Below, one piece after another: positions 10,843-22,170 of a DNA stretch of 64,000 nt. The translations under genes were made by a program, and so were the position numbers. A model generated the notes under the pieces. It made no database searches and had not been told where the DNA came from. It was given only the letters and a program-made list of their open reading frames with translations. Positions within the stretch are counted from its first letter, which is position 1, and each line of letters opens with the position of its first letter. Origin of the DNA: Cyanophora paradoxa CCMP329 (taxonomy: Eukaryota > Plantae > Glaucophyta); contig QPMI01000176.1 of assembly GCA_004431415.1 (NCBI GenBank), positions 114,910 to 178,909 on the forward strand, in the 5' to 3' direction.

Positions 10843-13493
10843 CTAGAGAAATCCGAAGGATCGGCGGAGGGAGGGCAGTAGTGCGAGGGCAGAACGGGTA
10901 GCTTTAGATGCGCTAGAGGTGTCCCCGGACGGCGCTAGGCAACTATGCGCCGAAACGCGGGCCGAACCGAGGAAGGAGGCGAGAGCCACGTAGGCGCTGT
11001 AGAGGGCGGCTTGGGGGATGAGACCGCACGACCCCACCCTGCCGGGGACCGGGAAGCCTTCCGCCCCAGTCAAGCCCGCAGAGTGGGGGGCGGCGCGGGC
11101 CGGGCCGGCGGACCTCCGGGGACGACCAGCAGGTCGTACGGACCCGCCGCAGCCACGGCCACCTCCGAACCGGTGCCCTTGCGGACCAGCGTCAGGGTCA
11201 CAGCGTGCTGTCCGCCCGCCACGAGAACGCCGGGGAGCTTGCAAACAACCTGCGGCAGGGTCAGGCTCGCCGCGGGGAGTGGGAGCGGGCGGGGCGGCGG
11301 GGGCGGGGCCGACCTGGGGCGCGACGACCTTGAACTCGCGCGGGCGCGACCCCAAGCCGTCCGAGACGTTAACGAGACAGATGAGGTCGCCCCGTTGCTC
11401 ATCAGGGGCGACGCAGACGATGTCGAGGTCCGTCCCGTTGACGACCGAGATCTCCCCTTCCGTGGGGCCGCGCAGGAACACTGCGGCGCGTCTCAGGGTA
11501 GGCGGCAGCGGCCCCAGGCGCGAGCGCAAGGCACCGGCGGCGTTGGGCTCGGCGGCCGGCGGGAGCGGTGCGCCGGCGAGGCCGACGGCTGGCGGCTCGC
11601 CGGCGGGGGCGACCGCCTGGGCGAGCTCCATGGCCGCGTCCGCCCTGTTCAAGTCCGGTTCCAGATCTTCCATCAGGTCGTCAGCGGGGCACGCCGCGGC
11701 CGCCGCCTCCCCCGGGGGGTCGAGCTGCTCGCCGGCCTCCTCGCCGGCGGCTGCCTCGTTTGGGCCCGCCGCCTCCTCGCCCTCGGACAGGTCGAAATGG
11801 CGCGCCCCGCGGGCCGCCAGCTGCACGAAGTCGACGCCCGACTTGACCTTCAGGGCCGCGTCGAACGGGGCGGCTAGGGCGAAGGGCACAGCGCCTGCGG
11901 AGGCGTGAGGCAAGGCGAGGCGACCCAGGACGATGGGCGGCGCACCGACGGCGCCGGCGCGGCGGCGGGGCTCCAGCTTGATCGCGGTCAGCTCCGGCTT
12001 GACGGCGGCGGCGAGGCGGCGCGCGGCGGCCACCGCGGCGTTCCGGCGGGGCTGCGGGGTCTGAGCGGGGGCGGCGATGCCGGGCTCCGACTTGACGCGG
12101 ACGGCAGGCGACGCCCAGGCGGAGTCCTCCTCGGAGCCGTCTCCTTCGGTCTCCTCGTCGTCGGCGCGCTTGCGCTTGGGCGCGGCCTCGCGCGCCTCGG
12201 CCTCCTCCCCGCCGAACTTCATCGCGTCGTCTGGCGCGAGCGCGCGCGTGAGCTCAGTTGCGCATCGGCTCAGAGGAGGAAGGGCGGACTCTGCCACTTG
12301 GCCTCGTTGAGGGCGAGTCTCCGGTAGACTGACACAATTGAGATTACGCGTAGCGTTTTCGGATCGTAACGGAGGGTAATTAGCCTGCGAACTAATGTGA
12401 GAGAAGCGAGCGAGAGCAGGAGGGTGCTCGGGATGCACTGGCAAAGCCGGATGTATCGTTTCCCGCCGACCAATCTGTTCTGCTTGTCGAACATAGTGTC
12501 GCGGATGTGGCACAACGCGGTGTACTCGCCGGGGCCAGTGCGCTTGAACCCAGCGAGAGGGCGGTCAGTGCGTTTTTTCTGGCGCTTTGCTGGACCCGAA
12601 GAGGAGCTCTTGGGCTTCTGGTAGACGGCCGCGTCGTTGCCTTCTTCCTCTTCTTCTGGCTTCTTCTTCTTCTTCTGGTAGACGGCCGGGTCGTTGCCTT
12701 CATAGTCAGCCTTGAAGTTGAATGGGTCGGGGTTGCCGTCCGCAACCGGGCCGGCATGGACGAGCTGAGAGGTGATCTGGGAGCGGAGGTCGGGGATGCT
12801 GGCTCCGCATTCGAGTCGAATTTCGTTGGACCAGAGAACGAGGCCGTGTCCAGCCGAACGGATACTCTCCTCCAAATCCAGGGGTATCGTAAGCTGGAGG
12901 AGATCAAATTGCGCAAGAAAGCGACCGAGACAGGAAGGCGCACAGTGGGGCGAATCTGATTGTGCTTGCAGAAAGCGTCGATGCCTATTCCCTCCTGTTC
13001 CGCGGCAATGGCAGCGTTCAATATGCAGCTGCGATAAGGCTCCTCCTTGTGCTCGTACTGGCAACACGTTAAGCCAAGCAACGACCGAAAGATGGAGCGA
13101 ACCTCGTTCAGGGGCTTCGTTGGTGTCAAGCGCTTGTCGTCCATGTCCTTCCAGCTGTTCTTGTCCTTGTTCTCCCAATCGGTCCATGACATCGGCAGCG
13201 TATTGATTGACATCCTCGCGACGGCCTGCGGCACATGCCAGACATCAGGGCCGCCGTACAACACAGCAGCGGTGGACTCAGCGGGCGCACCTGAGAGGAT
13301 GATGATGAAGCCGAGCCGGAGGTGTTCTGGAAGAGGAAACCCACCCCGCGCACCAAGTCATATGACAACGCGGATGAAGGCGAAGCGCATGGTGTCACAG
13401 CGCATCATGACGCACCGATGACAGATGGGCGGCGGTGAATGGCCGCTTGCCCGCGCCGTGGGCCGCGCGACCATCGGGGCGCTCAGACGACAT
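10843..13493 (-). CDS. Multi-exon hypothetical protein, probably nuclear
   Basis: ORF pieces 12392-13264, 12270-13187 and 10843-12513 join through phase-consistent GTGCGC/GTCCGC…CAG introns (e.g. WQ-N-DAMKFGG). Contains basic NLS-like tracts (KKKKK, KRQKKR, PKRKR) and SUMO-consensus VKSE/VKPE/IKLE. Start and stop are uncertain. Confidence 0.55.
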
Positions 13494-13836
13494 CGGCGAC
13501 TTGCCCTGAGGATGAAAAAAGGTCAGCACAGCTTCTACACATCGCCCTCTACTGCAAAAGAGGAGCGCCGCGCGGGACGCACGATGAGATGGAACACTCT
13601 GCGTATGAACTCCGGCCGAGCTGCAGATGAGTACTCCTCGGGCGCTCTGGTCCTCTGGATCGCGTTCGTGGCGCGGCTGCTGAAGAATGGACTCCGAAGA
13701 GAATACGTACGGGCAGCGCCCAATTTTTGAAGTAGGGGTATGGGTGTGTCCGCTATGGCATTGTACCCGGCAGCGGCGATCAAATTTTGACGATGACAAA
13801 CAGCGCTAAATCTGCACATGCCTACTCGTATGAGCG

Positions 13837-16800
13837 CTAATCGAAGCCGCCGCGATTCCGCCTGTTCGAGCGGACGACCGCCTGGTTCTCGTACATGTCC
13901 GCGATCTACGGGGGCGCGCGCGCGCTCGTCCTGGCGCTTGGGGACGCGGGGGGCGGGGGCGGGCACCTGCGAGGCGTCGGTGGACTGCTCGGGGGCCTTG
14001 TCGTCGCGGATGCGCACGAAGCGCGGGAAGCGCAGCGCGATCCCCTTGTCCGGGTCCACCTGCCCCCCGCCCCGCTCGCCTCGGGGCTGCGGCGCCGGCG
14101 TCGCGGGGGTACGGGAGAGCAGAGCGCACGCGGCCGCGGGCGGCGGTGTGGACGGGGGAGATCGAAAGGTCGGCCGCGAGGCACTCCCAGACTGCGGCGG
14201 GGCTCGGGAAGGGGCGGGGCGGGGGTACGGGAGTGAAGGCGGGGGCGCGGACCCTGGGCGGGCTCGAACCAGACGTCGGGGGCGATGCGGGGGTCCTCGG
14301 TCCAGCTGTAGTAGCTGCGGGGCCCGTCGATGACCTGCCGGCGTCGGGGGCGGGGGCCTCAGAGGAGCCGGGGGAGGGAGGGCGAGGGCGCCGCCCGGGG
14401 GCCGCGGGTTCTGGGGGCGCGCCTTGGACTTGAGGGCCTCGGTGGAGGACGCGAGGAACTCGTCCGAGAAGCCCGTCCCGATCTGAGCGAGGCCGCGCCC
14501 GCGCCCGCGCCGCGTGAGCGGGGCCCGGGCACACGCATCCCGCGCGGGGCCGGCCCACCTTGCAGACGGTCTGGTACTCCTCCCGGTCCGGGTCGTAGAT
14601 CGCGAGCAGGTACGCCCCGTACGTCCCCGTCCGCTTCCCTGCGGGGCGCCGCCTCGGCGCGCAGGTCGGGGAAGGGAAGGGAGGGGGGGGTACGCGCCCT
14701 TGCCGAAGAAGGCGCCGATGGGGACGAGGTCGACCGTGTCCGTGAGGCCCTTGATGTAGTCCTTCTTGATCTGCGCGCGGCGGGGCGGCGTTGCGGCGTT
14801 ACGGCGGATCGGCGTTCTCTCGCTCCTCGGCGCGCTGCGGGCGCACCTTGAGCCACTTGTAGGAGCGGCGGTCGGGCTCGTACGTCGCGTCGTTGTCCAG
14901 TGTCTTCACCATCAGGCCCTGGGACGGGGGTACGGCGTGAGCCGGGCCGGGCGGGCGGGGGCGCCGCGGGAGGGGGCGGCGCGCACCTCGCAGCTGTTGG
15001 TGGTGGCCTGCTCCATGAAGGCCTGCGGGGGGCCTCGGCGCCCCGGCGGACGAAAGCGGCCCCCGCCGGGCTCGAACCTGGATGTCCTCCACGTTGTCCG
15101 TGTCCACGTGCTTCGCGTACGCGAACTCGCCCTCGACCTGCCGCGGCGGTCAGTGGGGGGTACTGGAGAGGCCGGGAGGGGTACGCCCGCCTCGGCGAAG
15201 AACTCGCGGAGGATGTCGCGGCGCTTGCGGAGGGGCTCCTGCGGGGCGATGAGGGGGGGCGCTGGGCGGGGGCCGGGCGGGCAGCGGGCAGCGGGCTGGG
15301 GCCGGGCCTTGAGGAGGGAGCGGCCGTCGATGTAGAGGAGGTCGAAGGCGAAGAGGCAGACGTTGACCTGCGGCGGGCCCGCCGCCGCCGTCGACTCCTT
15401 CCGCTTCAGCTTCGACAGGTCCTGCCCCCGCCCCGGCCCCCGCTGTCGGCACGGCGCCCCCGCGCGGGATTCCGGGTACCCCCGCGCACCTGGAAGGGCC
15501 GGATCTGCTTCGTCTCGCGGTCCCAGGCGCACACCTCCGCGTCCAGCACGAACCCCCGTACCCCCTCCTTCATCTGCTCGGGCCGGCGTCAGGGGTACGC
15601 GGAAGCGGGACGGAGAGGGGTACGGCGCGCCGCCCGCTTGACGATGGGGCCGAGGTCCGCGAACTTGGTCGTCGTGCGCTGCGAGCGGGCGGGCGGGCCG
15701 GCTCGGGGGCGGGGGCGGAAGCGGCGGGCGGGGGGTAGGGGGCGCGTGAAAGGGGTACCTGAGCATTGCGGGAGAAGACCTCGACGCGCTCGCCGGCGTT
15801 GAGGCAGTGGACCTGCGGGCAGGCGGCGGGGGCGGGCCGTCAGTCGGCGGGGCTCGAGCCGGCCGGCGGGCGCGCCGCGGGGGCACCTGGGCGCGCTCGC
15901 CGTCGTACTTGAACTCGCACGTGAACTCGCCTGCGCCCCGGCGTCAGCCCTGGACCCTCGTACCCCCCCGCCCTCGCGGTCCGGGCGCGCCCTTGCCGTC
16001 GAAGCGCTCGAGGACCTCCTCGAAGCCCGTCGTCGGCTTCGCCAGCATCGGCGACACCGGCAGGCCTGCCCCGGCCCGGCCCTCGGCCCCGGCGGGGAGG
16101 GGCCGGCGGCGGCCCGGGGGGCGCACCGGGCTGCAGGAAGCAGTGCTCCCGGAGCCCCGCCGGCGCCGAGCCGTACTTCAGGACCACCTGCCGCCGCGCT
16201 CGGTTTGGGGGGTGCGCGCTTCTTTTTCAAGGAAGAGCGTACCCCGACGATGTGGTCGAGGGAGGGGAGCTCCGAGAAGACGGCGCGGAGGGTGACGAAC
16301 ATCTCGTCGGCCTGTACCCCCCGTGAGGGAGGGGAGGAGGGGGTACGGCGCGCGGGGCGGCGGGACCTGGGCCTGGGCGGCGTCCCTGGAGACGCGGTCG
16401 GCGCCCTTGCGGATGTCGAGGACGCGGTCGGAGAGGGGTACGGGCTTGTCGGCGGGGGGCACGGGGGTCAGGGCGAGGGCCATGGCGAGGGCCTGGCGGG
16501 GGGCGTGAGGCGGGGGCGGGCGGCGGTCGGGGGCGGGGCGCGGCGGCGGGCACCATGAGGACGGAGTTCTGAGCGAAGTGGACGCGGAGGTTGCCCTGCG
16601 CTCGTGCAGCGCCGCCGCCTCAGGGCGAGGAGCGGCCGCCGGCGGGGGCGGGGCGGGGCGGGGCGGGGGCGGACGTTGAGGAAGCGGCAGATGAACGTGA
16701 TCTCGTGGTCGAGGCTGTTGACCATGAGCCGCTTCATCCGCTCGATCCGGCTCTTCATCGCGTTCTTCCCGCTTTCCACCGCGATCGTCTGCCCGCCCCG

Positions 16801-18994
16801 GCCCCCCGCGCGTCGGCCCCCGCCCCCGCGCCGCGGAGCGAGAGAGAGGCCCCGGGCGGGCTCGAACCTTGAACTCCTTGAAGACCCCGCGGACGGTCAG
16901 CGGCTTCCGCTTGAGGCCGAAGCCCTTCAGCTGGCCCTGAGGGCGGGGCGGGGTCGGCCCGGCCCCCGCCCGCCACGAATGCGGCGCCGCGGGGACCCGA
17001 ACCTGGGACTTGCGGGAGATCTCCGCGACCTCGCCCAGGTCCCCGAGGCGCGTGAAGTCATCCTGAGGGCCGCCGCCGGCTCTAACCAGTGGGGTGCAGG
17101 GGCGGGCCGGGGGACGGGTACGGGGCACCTTGATCTTGGCGGGCTCGCGGCCGGTGGCCTCGGCGACGGCCTTCAGGATGGTCGCCTCGCCGACGCCAAG
17201 CTCGATGCCCTCGTGCGCCGGCGCCAGCTGCGCGCGTCGGGGGGCTGAGCCCGGCGCCGCTCGGTCGCGGGTTTGAGCCCGGCCGCGCACTTTGCGGAAG
17301 GCGAGGTACAGGAAGGGGAGCAGGTCCTGCGGGGTCGGGTCAGGGGGGTACAGCGGCTGCGGGGGCGGGGTACGACGAGCCTCGGGGGTGGTGACGAGGA
17401 CTGTGCGGAGGGCGTTCGCCACGACGTGCACGTTGTCCGTCCGCTTCGTCTGCGGCGCCGGCGTCGGAGGCGGGAGGAGGGAGGGGCCGCGGGGGTACAG
17501 GGCACCTGGCCGGACATCGCCTTGCACGCGTCGGCGAAGAACATGAAGGGGACCTGGGGCGGGGGTAAGGGACGGGCGAAGGGCCCGCGGAGAGAAGGGT
17601 ACAGGGGCGCGCCTCCTCGCCGGGCTTCCACGTGGCCGCCCCGAGGACGTCGTACTCGCTGCGCCGAAAGTGAGCGGGGGGCGGGGGCGACGGGCCGGGG
17701 GGTACGGCGCACGTGCTTGGGAGCTCGAGGCACTTGTGCGTCTGGCTGCTGTCCCCCTTCTTCTTGCCCTTCTTCCGCTCGCCCCCGGCGGCAGCGGTGC
17801 CCCCCTGCGTTCCCGCCGCCTTCCCCTCGTCCTCCTCCTCCCCGCCGGACTCGTCTGGCGCGGGCCGAAGTGAGGCCGGGTATGGGAATAAGGAATCAGA
17901 AGGAAGGAAGACCGACCCGTCTCGCTGCCCTCGCCGTCCAGCTCATCCTCCTCGTCCTTGGCGGCCGCCTTCTCCTCCTCCTCCTCCTCCTCCTTTGCCT
18001 TCTCTTCCTCCTTCTTCGCCTTCTTCTTGGCCGGCTCGCCTGCCTTCTTCGCCCCGGCCTCCTCCTTCTCCTTCTTGCTCTTGGGTTCAGCGGGCTTCGA
18101 GGTCGGCTTGGCGGGCGCCTCCTCCTTCTCCTTCTTGGTCTTTGTTTCGGCGGGTTTGGGCGCCGGTTCTGCGGACTCCGACTTGGCTGTCGGCTTCTGA
18201 GGGCTGCTCTTCGGCCGCGGCGCTGCGCGTGGCTAGAGTGAGCGGGGCGAGGCCGGCGGCGGCCAGGTCGGGCGTACCGAAGAAGCTGCTGGCGGCGGGC
18301 TTAGCCTGCGCGGCAGCTGGCTTGGCAGGCTCCTCGGCCGCCTCCTCTGCCGCGGGCGGCGGGGTCGGGCGCTCCGCTGGCGTCGAGAGGTCTAAGGGTG
18401 CGTTCAGAAGGGAAGATGCCTCACGCGCGGCCAGGGGACGCGCACCCTTCATCTCTTCGTCGGCGTCCTCGTCGTCGTCTTCCACCTTGCGCAGCTTCTT
18501 CAGCTCTGCGAGGAGAGCGATGATCCGTGGGCGCTTTGACGTGCGCATGCAAGCCAGCGGCCCAGCACGCACTGCGGCGCGGCTGCGGGTCTTCCTCCTC
18601 GCTGTCGTCCGCCTTCCGCGCGGCCTTCTTCTCGGGCGCCGGAGCGCTCTTGGTCGGCGTCTGCTCAACCTTAGCATCGGCCGCGGCGGTCTTGTCTGGC
18701 TGCTCCTTCGACTTGGTCGCCTCCCCAGCGCTTGTCCCGTCTGCGGCCTTGGCGCTCGAATTTGAATCGCCGGTCGCCGCTGCAGCTGCTGCGGCGGGCT
18801 TGGGCTTGGCAGCGCCACCTCCAAAGAAGGATCTGCAGTCGTACGAGCGGCCGCGCAGCCCACGATCAGCGCGCAGTTCGGCACGGGACGCTCGGCGCTC
18901 GCGCGGGGCGAGGAGGGGCATACGCGATGTTTCTGGTGCCCTGCGCGGCGGCAGCCAGGGCCGCAGCCTTCTTCTCTGCTGTCTTCGACGACAT
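13837..18994 (-). CDS. LIG1: DNA ligase I (ATP-dependent), many exons
   Basis: N-terminal PIP-like TRNIASFF, then a charged tail and DBD segments ([27 protein letters not shown]; GDLGEVAE). Motif [15 protein letters not shown]; [10 protein letters not shown]; EGLMVK; WLK…KKDY; [13 protein letters not shown]; [11 protein letters not shown] 18992-18994, TAG 13837-13839. Confidence 0.95.
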
Positions 18995-19021
18995 TCCCGC
19001 GTCGACTGGGGGGTACACGGG

Positions 19022-21541
19022 ATGGCGGCACCTTCGCGTCGCGCGGCCTTCTCCGGCCCGGCCGCGCCGTCGGCAAGGTTTCCATCGGCTCTGGGAGTGA
19101 TCCCAACCGCAACTGGAGCGGTTTCGTCCGGAGCGGCGCGCACGAGCTACAGCAGGTCGAATGTGGGCCCGCCGCGCGCGAGATCGACGCCGCCGAGGCA
19201 GTATGCTGTCGGCGAATCAGCCCGCTCTCGCTCGCGTGGCTTCGGGCCGGCCGCGGCGCCCAGCCGCCGAGCCGCGTTCTCGTGGTCTGCCGGCGCCCTG
19301 TTCGGCGGCGCGCTGCCGCGCGGCGGCTCCTCGTCGCTCGCTCGGGAGGTTGGGTGAGCACGTATTGCGCATGCTCGCACCCGCCGTCCCGCAGCTGACC
19401 GGGGTGCATGACTGACAGGGCTCTCCTCCCGATCGGCGGCGGCTGTGGTCCCGTCGAGGCGAGCCTGCTCGAACCGGTCGTGCGGTTCTTCACGGCGATC
19501 TACCAGTTCCTGCAGCGCGTGTACGTGACGCTGTGGGGCGCGCTGGCGCACACGCCGGCGTCGCCCGACCAGCGGGTGGACCCGCGGGAGCTGGGGGACC
19601 CCGACTCGCGCTTCGCCGACCTCCTCGGGCTCTCCGTGCACTACAAGGAGGCCGCGCCGCCCTCGGAGCCCGGCGCGCCCCTCCGCGTTCTCCTCCTCCA
19701 CGGCTTCGGGGCCTCGCAGTTCTCCTGGCATCTCGTCCTCCAGTCCATCGCAGGCCCGCCCGCCCCGTGCGGAGCGCCGCGCGAGCGCCGCACGCGCTGA
19801 GGCGGCGCGCAGAGGCGTTCGGGGGCCGCGCCGCCGCGTTCGACCGCCCCGCCTTCGGCCTCACAAGCCGGCCCCTCCCCGACGGCCGCGGCCGCCTCGC
19901 CTGCGGCAAGGCCCACGGCGAGCCGTGCACCCGGTCCGCCCCGCTCCGCCGGCGCCCCACCTCGACCTGCGCCCGCGATGACCGTCTGCCAGGGGCTGCC
20001 CGGCGGGGTACTGCAAGCTGTACGGGTACCCGTTCGCGGGGGAGCTGACGGCGGCGCTCATCGACGAGCTGGGGGAGGGCGGCGGGCCGGTGGTGCTCGT
20101 CGGGCACTCCGCCGGCGGCCTCCTCGCCGCGCAGGTCGCCATCCGGTGCGCCCGGGGGTTACCCCGTTCCACTCTCCTCCTCCGAGGCTGGAGTGCAGGT
20201 ACCCCGAGCGGGTGGCGGGGCTGGTGCTGGTCGCCCCCGCCATCTTCACGGGCATCGGCGGGCCCAAGGTCCCCGGCGCCGTCCCCGCCAAGTGCCCCCC
20301 CCCCCCCCCCCCCCCCCACTGCTGTACCCCCCTCACGGTCCTCTTCCTCGCAGCGAGGGCGCCGTGCCGAACGCGCTGGAGCCGTACCCCACACCCCCCT
20401 TCTTCTCCGTAGCCTACGCCACGGCCGCCGCCGCCCGCGCCCGCACGGCCGCCCGCCGCGCATGGAACCAGGTGCCGCCCGCGCCGCGCCCCGCGACGGC
20501 CCCGTCGAACCGCGTACCCCCCGGAGGTGCGGGCGTGGGCGCGGGTGCTGGCGAGGGCGCTGGGGGCGCTCTGGCGCGCCGCCGTCCTCCGCTTCATCCG
20601 CTCCCGCCTCTTCGTCTGGTTCATCCGGTGCGCCCGCCCCGTCCCTCCCGCCACGTACCCCCCTCCCCAACGCCCCCCGCAGCGGCGTGACGCAGCGGAA
20701 CGGGCCGAAGGGCGTCGCAGCGGCCTTCTTCGACCGGAGCAAGGTCCGCCCGTGCCCGCGCCCCCGCCCCCGCCTCGGGCCGCGGGGGCCGGCCTCAGGG
20801 ACGGGCGCAGTGCACGCCGGAGACGATCGCGGGGTACACGCGCCCCTTCAAGGTGCAACGGCGGCCCGGCCCCCCGCTCGGCATCGCCGCTGAGCGGGGG
20901 CAGGCGTGGGACTGGGACGTGGCGCTCGCGGAGCTGGTGGCCGCCACCCTCGGGGGCGGCTTCTGGGGGCCCCCCGCCGACGGTCCGCCCCCGCCCCCGC
21001 CCCCGCTCTGCTTTCCTCCCGCCCGCCCGCCCCGACCGCTCCGTGCGCAGACGGCGCCTCGCCTGCGACGATCTGGGAGCGCCTCTCGAGGATCCAGGTC
21101 GGCTGGAGCGGGAGCCCGCGCCCCTAGGCCTCCGGCCCGGGGCCCCGCCCCGCTCACGGCGCCCGCCGCGCAGGTCCCGACGTGCGTCATCACGGGGGAC
21201 AAGTGCGGCCGCTTCCCCACCCCGGCCGGCCTCGCCCGCCGCCCCCGCCCCCGCCCTCCGCCCACCTCGGCGCGCTGCGGCGCGCAGGGACACGTTCGTG
21301 CCGGCGAGCAACGCGGGGCGCGTGGCGGGCGGCATCGCCGGCGCCGAGCTGCACGTCCTCCCCAACTGCGGCCACCTGCCCCACGTGCGCTCCCCGCCCC
21401 ACCCGCCCCGGGCCCCCCCGCCCCGCCCCCGACGCCGACATCGACGGCGTCGCCGGGCCGGGGGCGCAGGAGGAGTGCCCGGAGGAGACGATGCGGATCG
21501 TGCGGGCGTTCGCGGAGCGCCTCCGCTCCCCCGGGCGGTAG
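19022..21541 (+). CDS. Alpha/beta-fold hydrolase with Ser/Ala/Arg-rich N-terminal extension (possible organellar transit peptide)
   Basis: LLLHGFGAS oxyanion motif; AFDRPAFGLTSRP; nucleophile elbow LVGHSAGG; acid ITGDKD; His motif CGHLPHEE. Exon 1 (MAAPSRRAAFSG…) joins in phase via GG|GTGAGC…CTGACAG|G. TAG at 21539-21541. Confidence 0.85.
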
Positions 21542-22170
21542 CTCGCGGGGAGCCCGCGTGCGCGCACCCGCACCCGCCCTTGTCCTCGCAGTCTTCTCGT
21601 TCCTGCGCTCCAATCCTCCCCCTCTCCCCTCCCTGTCGCGCCGGGCCCCCGAGATCGAGCCCTCCCCCCCCCCTTCCATCCTTCCCCGTCAACACCCCCC
21701 CCCCCCCCCCGGGTCCCCCTCCGCCCCCTCCTCCCCACTCCATCTTTAATTGATTCGGATTGTTCACTCCATGGCCAGCATGTCTGAGTTGCCACAGTGA
21801 ATGGAGCTCCGGGCCCGCGGCCGCCCAGGCCAAGGGTCTCTTCTGCATGCCGCGCACAAGCGAGCCCTAGTCGAGGCTGCAGCGATCGGAATTTTAATTC
21901 GAAGGCGGCTCAGGCCTACGCCTAGCGAACGCTTGCTGCAGATGGTGTCTTTGTTAATTTAGACACAACCTTGCATGTCATGATCCGCAATTATAATCAG
22001 ACCGATTGTCCGGGATCCGGTCACTGGCGGCGGGACGGCCCGCCTCGATCGATCGATTACGATCGATACCGGCGAGCTATTCGGTGCTCTTTTAAAAAGA
22101 TAGCTCTGGGCCGCCTCGGTGCTCCGTCTCGCAGCCATTTAAAGCGCGGCGGCGGCGGCACGCTTTGAAT

